DNA of 63,425 nt, counting the filler, from Lenisia limosa (Eukaryota > Protista > Breviatea): assembly GCA_001655205.1 (NCBI GenBank). It is 5 parts of 5 records of this genome, joined end to end, with 100 filler letters (N's around TTAATTAATTAA, not from the genome) between each part and the next. Parts side by side here need not be neighbours in the genome. Positions count along the whole stretch, not along the records: positions 44,416 to 60,454 come from LPNZ01008473.1; positions 60,555 to 63,425 come from LPNZ01005292.1; 3 more parts are not named here. One strand, 5' to 3'. How positions within the stretch are numbered: position 1 is the stretch's first letter; the number at the start of each line of letters is the position of its first letter. This document shows positions 49,295 through 62,460 of the stretch, piece after piece. The position numbers were made by a program, and so were the translations under genes. The notes below the pieces were generated by a model. The model was given only the letters and a program-made list of their open reading frames with translations, did no database searches and was not told the origin of the DNA.

Positions 49295-51627
49295 TTAGAG
49301 GTTCTTGATAGAATCCTGTTGCAATTGTTGGAAGTTCTTAACGTCATCAATACGAGTTCTGTCAACCAACTTCCAGCCGTCTTTGTTGATGTGAATAACT
49401 AGAGATGTTAAGGAGACGTTTGAAATCTAAACGTTATTTCTCTCGACTAAATGAAAAAGCTCAAAGTTTGGGAGGGGGGGGGGTGAAAANNNNNNNNNNN
49501 NNNNNNNNNNNNNNNNNNNNNNNNNNNNNNNNNNNNNNNNNNNNNNNNNNNNNNNNNNNNNNNNNNNNNNNNNNNNNAGTTTCTGGCCAAATCATAGGCC
49601 TCTTGGTCGCACATGTCGGCACGGTAATGAGTCTCCATCACTGAGTCTGGGAAGGGGTAAAACGAAGGATACTGTTCTTCATATGGCGAAACGGTTCTAA
49701 TTACGAACATAGAAAAGCAAAAAAAAAAGGGAGAGAGAGAGAGAGAGCGTACTTAATGACAAAGGCAAAACTCCACAAATATTCGATAGCAGCTTTGTGG
49801 TGTGGAAGAGCGGAGGGGTATATTNNNNNNNNNNNNNNNNNNNNNNNNNNNNNNNNNNNNNNNNNNNNNNNNNNNNNNNNNNNNNNNNNNNNNNNNNNNN
49901 NNNNNNNNNNNNNNNNNNNNNNNNNNNNNNNNNNNNNNNNNNNNNNNNNNNNNNNNNNNNNNNNNNNNNNNNNNNNNNNNNNNNNNNNNNNNNNNNNNNN
50001 NNNNNNNNNNNNNNNNNNNNNNNNNNNNNNNNNNNNNNNNNNNNNNNNNNNNNNNNNNNNNNNNNNNNNNNNNNNNNNNNNNNNTTGGTGGTGGTACCGT
50101 CATTGTCCACGTAGTTCAAATGGAAGCCCTGGGTCATTAGAGTAAATGTCATAGTAGATAAATGATGGATTGATATACTGATTGAAAGAGCAATGTATTG
50201 CATTGCAAAGAGCTTTATAGAATTACAGTTCCAAAATAAGACGTTTGACTCGAAAATAGCATTCCCGGCAAGCATGTCTCCTCCCACATTTTCGTCCACA
50301 CCCGCGACCATAGCGCCAATGGAGAGCCCATAGCCTCTATACTGGTACACGATATCAGCCAGGATGCGTGAGGCGGCGGGAACGGAAATCGGCCTACGCT
50401 CACGCAACTCAGTTACGCGGCACTCTTCCGCCACCACATCAAACCAGAACTGGCAGTCGGCTGGGAGGGGGGGGGGGNNNNNNNNNNNNNNNNNNNNNNN
50501 NNNNNNNNNNNNNNNNNNNNNNNNNNNNNNNNNNNNNNNNNNNNNNNNNNNNNNNNNNNNNNNNNNNNNNNNNNNNNNNNNNNNNNNNNNNNNNNNNNNN
50601 NNNNNNNNNNNNNNNNNNNNNNNNNNNNNNNNNNNNNNNNNNNNCACCACATCCCATCAGTCCAGCGTACAATGAATTGAAAAACACAATAGAAAGATCG
50701 CATTGGCCTGGGAGGCGTATTTTTGATATTCCTCTTAGCACAGACAAAAAAAGTAACAGTTTTTTTGTTCATATGAGTATAATATGCGTTACACTCACTT
50801 ATAAATATACACTATAGTAAAACGACTAAGCTAAGGAGTAAATATCTGAAGATATCACAGGAAAAGAAGTCTTTTTCTCGAAATAGCCTTTATAACGCCC
50901 CTCCTCAACTCACCCGCTCCTCCGGCCATTGTTGTCACAATATTGTCTGTGATAGGGATGTACTTTAGTACTGTTTGCGTTGCTGATAGGTGAGAATTGG
51001 TAGCAGGGCATACGATATATAATAGAAACAGTAATATAGGTGTGACAAACAGACCATTGGAAATAAGCAACGAATCAGATTTATAGGTTGTAGACGATTG
51101 GTTGAAGGCAAAACCAATGAAACATACATAGCTTTGATTCGCCAAGGGAAGAATAGTTTATTTGATTTTAACTTTGATATTGAAAAGGTAAGCACTGGAA
51201 TCACGATACTATCCGCCCAAGTAGTCTCCGGTGTCAATTTTATCCCAAATGGAATTCTTCGGGCTTTCAGCATTTGTTTTCTCCCAAGAAGCCTTTCATA
51301 TTGACAACCCAGGCCGCAAGATACATACCGATAGATGGACCTTGTGTTGCTCTTGAATCCACAGCGATGATGACACCTCCATCATAAACGAAGGCTACGA
51401 GGTTAACGAGGAATACGTCAAGGGAATTCAAAGTAAAAAAAAACCCACAAAGGGTTGTGGTTCCATGTTCATAGTTAATGCCTTCTACTGAGTGTGACCT
51501 TTCATGGAATGGTGTTTGGGGCTAAATAATGTCAACAGTGAATAAAAGAGAGGTCAGGTACCTCTAGTTCATTGGGAACTGACACCCTTTCAACAGCAGT
51601 TTTTGGCAGGAATGCAAGGTTATTCAT
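49295..51627 (-). CDS. PSMB5: 20S proteasome subunit beta type-5 (chymotrypsin-like), part hidden in gaps
   Basis: Propeptide then GTTTL|AFVYDGGVIIAVDSRATQG, QTVLKY (K33), TMAGGA|ADCQFW, ISVPAASRILADIVYQYRGYGLSIG, YVDNDG, EAYDLAR, IHINKDGWK; stop TAA. Confidence 0.93.
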
Positions 51628-51901
51628 TATGCTTTATCTAACTTTAATACTTAATAGTGTACCGCAACAATTCCACAATTAGCTAGAAAAAGACTTCAAA
51701 AACTCAAAACAATTTGTTGAAAAGAGTTGTACCCGCAAAGTGTTTATAAGCTTTTTCGTTTTTTTTTTTTTTTTTTNNNNNNNNNNNNNNNNNNNNNNNN
51801 NNNNNNNNNNNNNNNNNNNNNNNNNNNNNNNNNNNNNNNNNNNNNNNNNNNNNNNNNNNNNNNNNNNNNNGAATATTGGGTAAAACAGACACTTATAACA
51901 G

Positions 51902-52541
51902 TTCCAGGAGGATGTACTTGCGAAAACAAGGTTGACGACACTGCTCGTCAGGTTGCCGAGAAGGTCAAGACCGAACTCCAGGCTAAGGTATACACGGATA
52001 TGCTTTTTTTTTGGGGAGCTTCCTTCTGTCAACAGTGTTGTGAAAGGAGGCTCTTTAAGTTCATATAAATGATATTTTGAGAACCTGTGTTCTTTTTTTT
52101 TTTCATTTGCCCCAGCTTCCCGAGTTCAAGTGCTACGAGGTCATCTCCTACAAAACCCAAGTTGTTGCTGGCATCAACTACTTCATGAAGGTGCGATTTT
52201 GACCCATTTGGCATTTTACTTGCTTTCTTTGTCAAAACCTTCACTATGTAGATCAAGGTTGACGAATGCAAATTCATCCATGCCCGCATTTTCCAGTCCC
52301 TCCAACAAGAATACTCCGTTGCAGGAATTCAGGAACACAAGGTGAGGGGATGATTTGTTGTTGTCGCCATGGTGATGGAGTCGGAGGGAGTGAAACTCTT
52401 ATACGCTTTGCTTGGCGGACCTGTCTGCTGGTCTGCCATATGGTTATTGAGTCAAACTACAATGAATTGCTAACATATTAAGGTTTATTATTCCTTTTCT
52501 TACCGCTCCAGACTTGCGAAGATGAGCTCAGCTACTTCTAA
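51902..52541 (+). CDS. Type 1 cystatin (stefin); start codon probably in the preceding gap
   Basis: N-terminal PGG, ARQVAEKVKTELQAK, hallmark YKTQVVAGINYFMK, FIHARIFQSL, C-terminal EDELSYF-TAA. Confidence 0.92.
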
Positions 52542-52671
52542 GCCCTTTGTAGCACCTTAGATAAATATAAGCATTATAACCAAACTATATCTGGAACTGA
52601 CCAATATTAGTACAAAATAAACCTGTATCCATCACGTTCAGACATCTTGCTTAGTTTACCATGGGGATCGT

Positions 52672-55600
52672 TTACTCGTCAGATTCCTCGTCGCTTTCAC
52701 TGCCAGCGTTAAAAAAAAAAAAAAAAAATTGATCGTTCAGAGTTGATGTCAACTCGTTGATGTATACAATACGCTCCACATACGCAAGCCACTCCATAAG
52801 GGGTTTGCAGGTTTCACGGATCTTCTCAGCGGTCTCTTTGCTGCCGATGAGCTTGGCGGAAATGTTGGGCTTTGAGTACCAGGCTTCAATACCTGAGCGG
52901 TGAACTTTCGACGCCATTGAGAAGCGTACAAAATTTGTAGTACCAGTCAAAACAAACCTTCCTCAGTGAGGACTTCCTCGTCAAAGAACATTTGCAGAAG
53001 ACGAGGGACCTTGGGAATGTTGGCAGGGCTGTGGGGTCAGTCAACGAAGCGATATAGTTATGAGTTGACAACATGAGCTAATAGCCCTGGGAGGGTTCAA
53101 CTGAAATCCAGCGCTCACCATTGTACACAGTGCTTCTCGACCTGAATGCAAAGTCCTAAAAAGTGACCCTCACGTTCTGGAATGGGTTTGATTTGATAAG
53201 ATCAATACAGATGTGGCCAACTACTATTTCGCATCTTCTCAAAAAGCAAACCACCCACCGCGCATGGAGTTCACAGAGTTGTTGACGATGGTGGCAAAGG
53301 CGTCACCCCACTTCTCAACCAAGGAAAGAGTGACAGGGCCGTTACCAAAAATGGCTACAAAAAGTCAGAGAGTAACTGTATTCCACTGGCTTTGCTGTAC
53401 CTCCAAACGTGAAACGCTTCATCATAAGTTGGGCAACCAACATACATACATGTCTTTCACCCTATGCAAACCCTCGTAAATGAGTTGGGCGACATTGATC
53501 TCGTTGAGTTCGTACTCGTCAGCAATGGACTTCACCTGGGGGGATGTCAAGAAACTGAAACAGGTGTTGAAAAAAAGAGACAACAAGATTTATATGCTTT
53601 TTTGAAACGAGGTTAGCCTTGAAGATACACGATATTACGCATCATTGTTCCAAAATATCACCCCCACGCTTTGAACAAGGTTGAAAACGGATCTCTCTCC
53701 ACCAGCAAGCCACTCAGTAAGGACTTCAACTAAACGGTGAGTATGGCTCCACGAGGGATGTATTTGTTGATGTCGCACTGACGGAGTAAAGAGGCACTAA
53801 AAAACCAACCGGGGTCCTCGTCTTCCTCGGATTCCTCCTCCTTAGGTTCCTGCAAACGTTAAAATTTGTTCAAGAAGAACTGCCAATGAAGGTATGTTAA
53901 GAAAAGCCTTTCTTAAATCGTATTATCCATGTATACATGAACTCTGGATTATGCAGCATCAATGTCTAACCGGCCTATGTGTTCATTATGGGTAGATACC
54001 CCCCCCCCNNNNNNNNNNNNNNNNNNNNNNNNNNNNNNNNNNNNNNNNNNNNNNNNNNNNNNNNNNGCCCACCATAGCCTAAAAAAACAGTTATTTACAT
54101 TGGGCTGCAAATGATTTTGTCGATTAGTGTAAGCTCATTGAGTAAGAAAGTCAGGGGTACGCCATCGTCATAAAAAAGTAACTCAAGCAGCTGCTAACGA
54201 TGACCCCCCCCCNNNNNNNNNNNNNNNNNACATCATCATCGTCTTCACTTTCTTCCTCGGTCTTCCTCGCAGCCTAATCGGTGAGATTACGAAACGAAAT
54301 AGAGTACATATCAACACATGAGTACGACTGCCTTCCTCAAACCTTCTCCTTAGCAGCCTTCTTTTCGGCTTTCCTTTCGGCCTTCTTCTTATCCTTCTTG
54401 TCTTGCTTCTTCTTCTCCTCAGCAACACGATGAGCGGCAAGCTAGTTATCAGAGAGTGCATTAGAGACAACGAATGTTATAGTTATAGTTTTTATGAATG
54501 TCTAACATAACGATATACTCAAAGACCTAATAGCAAAACATAAACTCCCTTCATGAAAGCCCCCCCCCCCCNNNNNNNNNNNNNNNNNNNNNNNNNNNNN
54601 NNNNNNNNNNNNNNNNNNNNNNNNNNNNNNNNNNNNNNNNNNNNNNNNNNNNNNNNNNNNNNNNCTGCTTACGAAGTTTCTTCTCTTCCTGGATTTTTAT
54701 TAAACAGCTCCAAAGGATCTCTTAAGAATAATATGAACCAAAGTATCACCATTGAAAGAAGAGACGGGGCCAACCTTCTCCTTGAGCTTTGCAGCTTCCT
54801 TGCGTGCACGTTCCTCCTCCTCACGCCTCTTCTTCTTCTTGTCCTTCTTGCCTTCGCGAACCTGTTTCGTCAAATAACAAAATAGCATCTTGAAAACCCC
54901 AACTCTAACACTGATACACACTATTGTGCAGCGGCAACGCACCCACTCACAGAGCCAGGGGGAGGGTGGCTGAGAATGTAGGAAGCGAGACGATGACGCA
55001 TGTCGCACTGGGTGTTGTGTCCTGCGGGGAGTAAAATAAGAGAGAAAATAATGGCGAAGGTGCTTTCTTTAACAAAAAGTTCAAAATAATACTCACAAAA
55101 TTGACCGCATACCACAGGCAATGCAATCCATAGTGATGTTGCCATCTTCAATCACAAAGCGAGTCTCAGGGTTGTTGCATCCTGATTTGGTGATCTCCGA
55201 AAATAAAAAAGCACAAGTATCCTGATGAACATCTAAATATTTGGGTGTAGAAGAGAGCATTGTAATATCTACTTGATGAAGACTGAATGCCAAAAAAAAA
55301 AACGGGGGCAATCAAGTCTGAGTTGACATTGTATTTGTTTTGGTTTGTTTACTTTCTGTGATAGGATACATAGTTTAAAACAAGATTTTACCTCATACCG
55401 CTGCAGAGAATGAACTTCTTGATGAACTGAAACACGATCTTCTGGCACACCTCGTTGTCGTGGGCACTGGTGAAATGATGTTTAAGAAATAGCATGACTT
55501 CATCTGTATATGTTGCTTCATTTTATCTTCCTTATTACAGATTTATAATGACCAAATGATTGGGTGAAAAGATCAAGTCAATCGATAAGATCATAGCAAG

Positions 55601-55983
55601 AAAGATTGCATACCCGTTGACGATTCCGAAGCCCTGACCCTCGTTGTAGTTGGAAACTGCACCGAACTCACATCCAAAGAACTTAGTGACGCCTGAAGAA
55701 AGGGTCAGTCAAGCTGGAGAGAAGGAATACAACTTACAGGCAGGGTCACGCTCAAGACTCTTGGAAACGGTCTTAATATTCACAAAGCGAGTTTTGATGC
55801 CATTACCACGACCCTCAACCTGCAGTAGTGAGAAGAACCCTCGCATTTCACATTTGCTACAAAGCCGCAAACCTTGGTTTCGATGGGGGGCATCTTATAA
55901 CGGTATGAAGCGTCATTGGGATCGCCTTAATAGTCATAACATTTGAAAAAGAGAAACAAACCTGCAATATTTAAAAGTCCCAT
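52672..55983 (-). CDS. EIF5: Eukaryotic translation initiation factor 5
   Basis: MGLLNIA|GDPNDASYRYKMPPIETK|VEGRGNGIKT, KFFGCEFGA, zinc ribbon LCSG|CNNPET...CIACG, lysine-rich linker, W2 domain with IEAWY and KPLMEWL...SDEESDE-TAA. Confidence 0.95.
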
Positions 55984-56092
55984 GGTTGCTAAATGATCAA
56001 TGCACTAATACACACTAATAAGCGACTAATAATGTTCTATTAGGTTAAAAAGGTAGTTTCAAAAAAATAAACCGTTCTTTAGATTGAATGAT

Positions 56093-59000
56093 CTACTTGA
56101 TCAGCTTGCGACTGCGTTTGATAATTATGTTCATGTTGTCTTGTGTTGTCCATCCTGTTACTGTCGCCTGCTCACGTTTCCCCAATAGGTTGACTGTTTG
56201 AAAACTGGTTGCCAATAACTTACCAATAACTATGAGACAAACCATGTCCATGTTAACTTGTTAAGGAATAAATTAATATTCATAGCACATACAAAAAACC
56301 AGGTAACAACAGACCGAACAATAAAAACGTTTTCAAAACAAAAGAAAATGAGAACCAGAAAGAAACTAACTACAGATCCGGGGGGGACCCAGGGAGAATG
56401 GGTGGAGCTAGAAAGTTATTCATGGAAAAAGCATAGCAAAAAGAATAATCATAATTTGTATGACAGGACAAGTTGAAGTCATTCGTATCATTGTTCCATG
56501 AGAACTAACATTTGATAACAGGCGACTGAGATGCTGTATTGAGTGGGGTGAGGGGGGTGGTTCTGGGGGAGGTGAGGTTAAAAATTCAAGTGTTAACCAA
56601 CTCACGTTGTATGTACTAAAGCAAATCGAACGAATAAAAATTATCACTCGACTTCATATTCCCCCTTCATACAAGCTGGAACTTGAGCGGCCAGTGGTGG
56701 GAGGGGTTTGGCCAGGGGCACTGGAAAATTAGTGGGAGATGAAGACCATTTGAATGATAAGTCCTCTCTAACACTAAAAGTCGGCATGTAAGCATAAACC
56801 GGATATAATTCAAGTCACTTAATAGCCTCCCTCACCGCACGATACCCGGGGGCTGTGGGGCGAGCGATGACGTCCTTTAGGGTAAATCAAGAAATGGGAA
56901 AGAAGAAAAAAAAAAAGCNNNNNNNNNNNNNNNNNNNNNNNNNNNNNNNNNNNNNNNNNNNNNNNNNNNNNNNNNNNNNNNNNNNNNNNNNNNNNNNNNN
57001 NNNNNNNNNNNNNNNGCCTCGTGCAGTTCCGGACCCTCCTTCCATCTCAGTCTTCCAAAACGCCAAATTCAGCTTCGTACCCTGGTTGATTGTTATGATA
57101 GCTTTGAGATGGAAGTAGCATTTGAGAATAGAACGACAAGAGGAGGCTGAAGTAGTTCTCATATCCTTTCAATACCACAAAATGGTCATATAGTAAAGCC
57201 CTTACCTTCAAGAGGTAGTCCTGCCCAGTGAATTCGGTCCAAGCGTCAAGCATGGGGCTAAACAGTCAAGCCAACCTAGGTACTACATTCATTGTACACA
57301 TCATATCATTTTTTGACCCCCCACGTAATCACGAAGTTGATGAAGCCGATTTGACTCTTCGCCATGTTTTGATCCTGGAGTGTCACGTTTGTTAATGAAT
57401 ACAATAAGCCGGAACACTATGATAAACAAAAGAATTTGGAATAAAGCATGTATAATTTTCATGTTAGCCTACCTGTCGGTTCATGAAGGGAGAGACTGGC
57501 ATGCCCATTTCTCGTTCTCGATCTCCCTGAAGTGGTCAGCAACATTTGTATGAGATATTAGCCTTTCACATATATATAAATGATATTGTCTTGTTACAAT
57601 TTCATTCAAAATCACCCCGTACCTGGCTAAAGAACTCCTCGTTCAACAGTTTAGACCATCGAACGTGCAGGGCCCTGTGTCAATAAGTTGTACTGTGGCA
57701 ATGTATCCCGGTTACCGAGTGGTTTTCACATTTTCGCAAATTGAGGGGAAACAAAACAGAAACAATAAACAACGTTGCCCTTCATTCCATATTCCTCCTC
57801 CCACTTGTTCTTTGCCACATGGCCGACATCACAGATCTTGATTGCCATTTTTAGAACCTAAGTAATAGTGAGGGACTTTGTACATACGGAGTGAACAACA
57901 ATACAACACCACAAGCGGCAGAAAACAATACAATGTTGCGAATTAATAGTTGCAATTCGGCGAAAATACCTTGCAACACATCAATTATACCATCAACATG
58001 ATATTTGTGCTGTTTATGTTGGACCTCATGAGGTTCCAGCTAAACAGCTCCGCAAAGGTACACCAGCCCACCAAAGTCCTGTCCTCAATGCTGTTGTAGT
58101 CGATTTCAGCCATTCGAGACTTGAACTTGGAAACGTAGTTGAAGTGCTACACCATGAGGCTTTGGCTTGTTTTGTGTATTTGGGACATAACCTTCTCCCG
58201 AAAAAATCTGGTTGGACAGTACAATTCCATTACCCCAAGCGTACTTGGGCCATGTCGGTGGCTAGGATAAGTTCAATGACTGTGGTGCGGATTCGTCGCC
58301 AATCATCTTCAGGGAATGGGGCAAGGATGTTGAACTCTGGGTTTTCAAGAAGCTGAACGTGTGAGTAGGGAATTTTCATTTGGGTATCATAGAATCCAAA
58401 CTAATAATAACACGTACCTTATAGAAGGCGCTGATATGATGGTTTTCAAGGACACTTTGGTCGTTATGCGTCAAGGCCAATTCTGACCGGGTATTGACCT
58501 GAGTGTCAATTTAAATAGAAAACACACAAGGAACTTGAAATTACAAATGGATTTTGAAGTTTTCATGAAATATTACAAACAGTATCTCGCCACCCCCCCC
58601 CCCCCNNNNNNNNNNNNNNNNNNNNNNNNNNNNNNNNNNNNNNNNNNNNNNNNNNNNNNNNNNNNNNNNNNNNNNNNNNNNNNNNNNNNNNNAAGCGCTG
58701 AAAACGTCCAAAGCCACAAGTTCCCTGGAGTGTAAAGTGTGAAAGTAAACCATTTAGAATGGTTAGTTTTTGTAAAAAAAAACGTTGTTCACGCAGTGAA
58801 AAACAAGAGAAAAAGAACTTGCAGTTGAACTCTCTTATCTTACCTATCGAATGGGGGGTGCATCAGGACGTTGTTGAGGGACATCACCACATCAGCAGCA
58901 TGGATGTTACTGTGGTAGCGGCCCTGTTATCGTTAACTCCCTCATACACCACATACCCCAGGAATGGAATTATTACACATGAAAATAAAAATACATCACC

Positions 59001-60430
59001 AAGCTGAGGAAGCTTTTGATGGACTCTCTAAAATACCCCCCCCCCCCACAGTCGCATAACTGGACTCGATATGAGTGNNNNNNNNNNNNNNNNNNNNNNN
59101 NNNNNNNNNNNNNNNNNNNNNNNNNNNNNNNNNNNNNNNNNNNNNNNNNNNNNNNNNNNNNNNNNNNNNNNNNNNNNNNNNNNNNNNNNNNNNNNNNNNN
59201 NNNNNNNNNNNNNNNNNNNNNNNNNNNNNNNNNNNNNNNNNNNNNNNNNNNNNNNNNNNNNNNNNNNNNNNNNNNNNNNNNNNNNAATCACGAACCGAAT
59301 AATCTTAAACTCCAAACAAAAAGAGATCGTAAAAATTTAATAAAAATGGAAATTCATCAAGTGGGGATACGGGAAAAGAACTATTATAAATCTGGAGGAT
59401 TGAACACACCTTTCGTGTCGTTGGCAAGAGAGAACATGTCGAAGGAGAAAGGTGCAGGCCAGGGGACCGTATCGTAAAGGTCTCGGACTGCTGTCACTCC
59501 CCTGAATGTTGGAAAGATATGAATCAAAGCTGAATACTATCAAAAAATAATCAAATACTTCATCCAATAATCTCCCCTCACTCTGCCTCCAAAGCAGTCA
59601 TTTCTGGTGCCGCACTTGAGAAGCCCTTGATGCCCGTTTTGGCAGTTGTGACCGGTGGTGGTGACGTGTTCACCTCACGGTCGGCTTGAACCGACAGGTT
59701 CTTCGCCTCTTCCGACGCAAGTTCCGACAGTAGCCACGCCCGCGTGTCTTCGTCCAAGCCGCTCACCTNNNNNNNNNNNNNNNNNNNNNNNNNNNNNNNN
59801 NNNNNNNNNNNNNNNNNNNNNNNNNNNNNNNNNNNNNNNNNNNNNNNNNNNNNNNNNNNNNNNTACAGAATACGTAATACGCTATAATTCAGAGTACGTA
59901 ACGTAATAACACCACTTCGTCTTCAAATGTACCACATACCTGGTTCAAGATGGTTGGTGCTGTGACTTGCTGACTCGAAAGTTGTATCAACGCCTCTTCC
60001 ACTTGGGTTAGCACTGAGCCAGCTACGGGTTGTGAATACTATCATAAAATTATTTAATCACCATAACTCATCATAAACGTCACCATATGGACGTCGTAGC
60101 AAAACTAGGGCTTCCCTACGGTCCGAAAAAGACCAGTAAAATATCGATATTTATCGAGGATTTATCGAGAAATTCGGTCTTTTTTGGGATCGTAGGGAAG
60201 CCCTAAGCATAATCCATCAGAAAGCACATATTTTATATGGTAATTCTCAGTCGCGTATGCCTACAAAGGTCGCTCTTCACGTCGTTGAGAATGATGACAG
60301 CCTTTTGGAGGGGTGAGTTGAGGTCGAGACTGCCAGCAGATGGGTTAAGCAAATTCTGAAGTTTCGACTGAAGGCTCGTGTTCGCCTCTTCGAGACGCAG
60401 GTTCTCACGAACGTTGGCCACCTCAGAAGT
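56093..60430 (-). CDS. Class I 3',5'-cyclic nucleotide phosphodiesterase, 5' truncated
   Basis: YHSNIHAADV, SELALTHNDQSVLENHH, LILATDMAQ|H, AIKICDVGH, LNEEFFSQ|GDREREMGMPVSPFMNR, KSQIGFINFV; upstream LDLNSPLQKAVIIL resembles the PDE8-type helix. 3' end uncertain (about 56500 or 56093). Confidence 0.9.
60106..60205. mobile_element. MITE-like element, copy 6 (variant TIR subfamily, PDE intron)
   Basis: TA-GGGCTTCCCTACGGTCCGAAAAAGACC ... GGTCTTTTTTGGGATCGTAGGGAAGCCC-TA with the family core. Confidence 0.88.
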
Positions 60431-60454
60431 AAAACGAGAATGCTTTAGTGAGAC

Positions 60455-60554
60455 NNNNNNNNNNNNNNNNNNNNNNNNNNNNNNNNNNNNNNNNNNNNTT
60501 AATTAATTAANNNNNNNNNNNNNNNNNNNNNNNNNNNNNNNNNNNNNNNNNNNN
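60455..60554. other. Artificial contig-join linker
   Basis: 44 N + TTAATTAATTAA + 44 N. Confidence 0.95.
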
Positions 60555-61099
60555 TCACTCTTCAAGCCCCACCCCCGACTATGTACAAAAAAATTGCATT
60601 TGATAAGTTTGCTGGTTATATTATATACTAGTATATAATAATGATATATACTATGTATAATTATGTATATTATGTAGTATATTATATGTACCACATGTAA
60701 TATAGTATATCATATATTTTTATTATATGATATGATATAGCTATATATGTAATGTGTATGATATGATATAGCTATATAAGCTATATATATGTAATATGTA
60801 TGTGGGGTGTGGTTTGGTGGGTGGTGTGTGCTTTCGTTAGATTGTTCTTCCTGCTCTCTTCTTGTTTCCTGTTTCATAAGTAAGATTGTTTTAGTATTAT
60901 ATTCAAGTATTTTCTGATTATTTTCATGCAAAGTTTTTTTCAAGTATTTTCCGAAGTATTTTATTTAGTTTTTTCAAAGTATTATGTTTCAAGTTTTTCC
61001 AAGTAATATTCTTAAGCTTTTTTCAAGTATCATGTTTCGATTTTTTTTTTTATAATAACAGATGGCCGTATTTATACGATGTCAATTATTCTCTTTCCC

Positions 61100-62460
61100 T
61101 TTTAAAACCATGTTAAATCATAAAGAAAATATCAATAATTCGTTCCAACGATTAAACTACGAGGCCAGAGTTGGCCGAGAAGGTCTGAAAGGTCTTGTCG
61201 GGTTCGAACTTGACCATTCCCCTACTTTCATAGAAGGAGAGGCAAATCTCGATAATTTTCTCGTATACATTCAAAGACAGAATTGTGTCCCAAATTGTGA
61301 GTAGTGAGTTCCTGGAATCAGTTAAATCGAAATCATAAAGTTTACCTGAGAAGAGGACGGAGCAATGAGAAGGCTAATAGGTAAGGTGTAAGGAATAGGG
61401 TGTTGGAGACCGCTGTTCTCGCCGAACTTGCCTGCCATATCCCTGAGAAGAACCATCATGTTCCCATACACTGCCTCTAATTGCTGTGTGCACTCCTCTT
61501 GAAATGCTTAGGATATCTAAGCAAGCATATAATTCCTGAAATATAACTGAGATGAGCTGCAGACAACAGCTATGATCGTTACACCAATTTCTAAACAATA
61601 TAAAGAACATTTCCACAAACTGTGCAAAGACCTCAATCTTAGCCCATAAATTGTCCAAGCTGTGGACCACCTTGGCCACCAATAGTTCTCCTTCTGAAAA
61701 GACAACATGCACCTAAAATATCTGAAATTTGGGTGAAATTTGTTTGAGGAACTTTACCAACAATTGAGTCTACAAAATGATTGCGTAACAAGACTATCGT
61801 GGACTAGGCGATCACATTAGCACGAGAGTTGCGAGGGTATAGTCATTTGGATCTTAAAGATTGCAAAAATGAAAGGAAGAAAAAAAAAAAAAGTGCGTCC
61901 CAGAAAAAGGTGTCCTTCATTTAGACCAAACTGCACAAATTCGGTCCGCACAAAAATTGGGTCAAATTCCTTGACATTCACCTTTTTGAAAATATCAAAG
62001 TATCTGAAATTTTCAACATGTTGTGCAAACTGTCTCTTGTTTTTCAAATAAGTGATCTGTGTTTTTTTATGTTTTATTTTCAAGTGGAATTCAAGTGTTT
62101 TTGAAGTAATATGTACAAGTTATTTTTTGTGTTACTATTATGTTTCAAGTATCTTTTCAAGTAATATTAATTTCCAGGTATTTTGCAAGTAAATATAGAA
62201 TTTCGAGTGTTTTCTACTGTTTCTTTATTTTTTTTTTTTTGACAAATTGACCAGCAGAGTATTTAGTTTAATTTTTAACTCTTTTTATTCAAACTTTTTT
62301 CAACACTTTATTTCCCCTTTTCATCCCCTAGTATCCTTTTTTGACCTGTTTAACCCCCTTATCCCCCTGATTTCCCCTTTTGTTTGACCATTGCCAGCGG
62401 GGACTACCCTCACAGCGGTCTTTCACCATGCCTCGCTTTTTTCAGGTAAAAGAGGCAACA
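61100..62460 (-). CDS. Possible exons of a hypothetical gene
   Basis: Open, protein-like segments YLKNKRQFAQHVENFRYFDIFKK, LLVAKVVHSLDNLW, ESRGMVKFEPDKTFQTF; structure not resolved. Confidence 0.25.

Noticed and set aside
49697-50817. Long ORFs in the supplied track (for example 317 aa) spanning N runs
   Set aside because: Open only because N codons translate as X; the real gene is spliced PSMB5.
18055-52541. Proteostasis cluster of ubiquilin, proteasome beta5 and cystatin
   Set aside because: Ubiquilin is separated from the others by three artificial linkers, so the proximity is not real.
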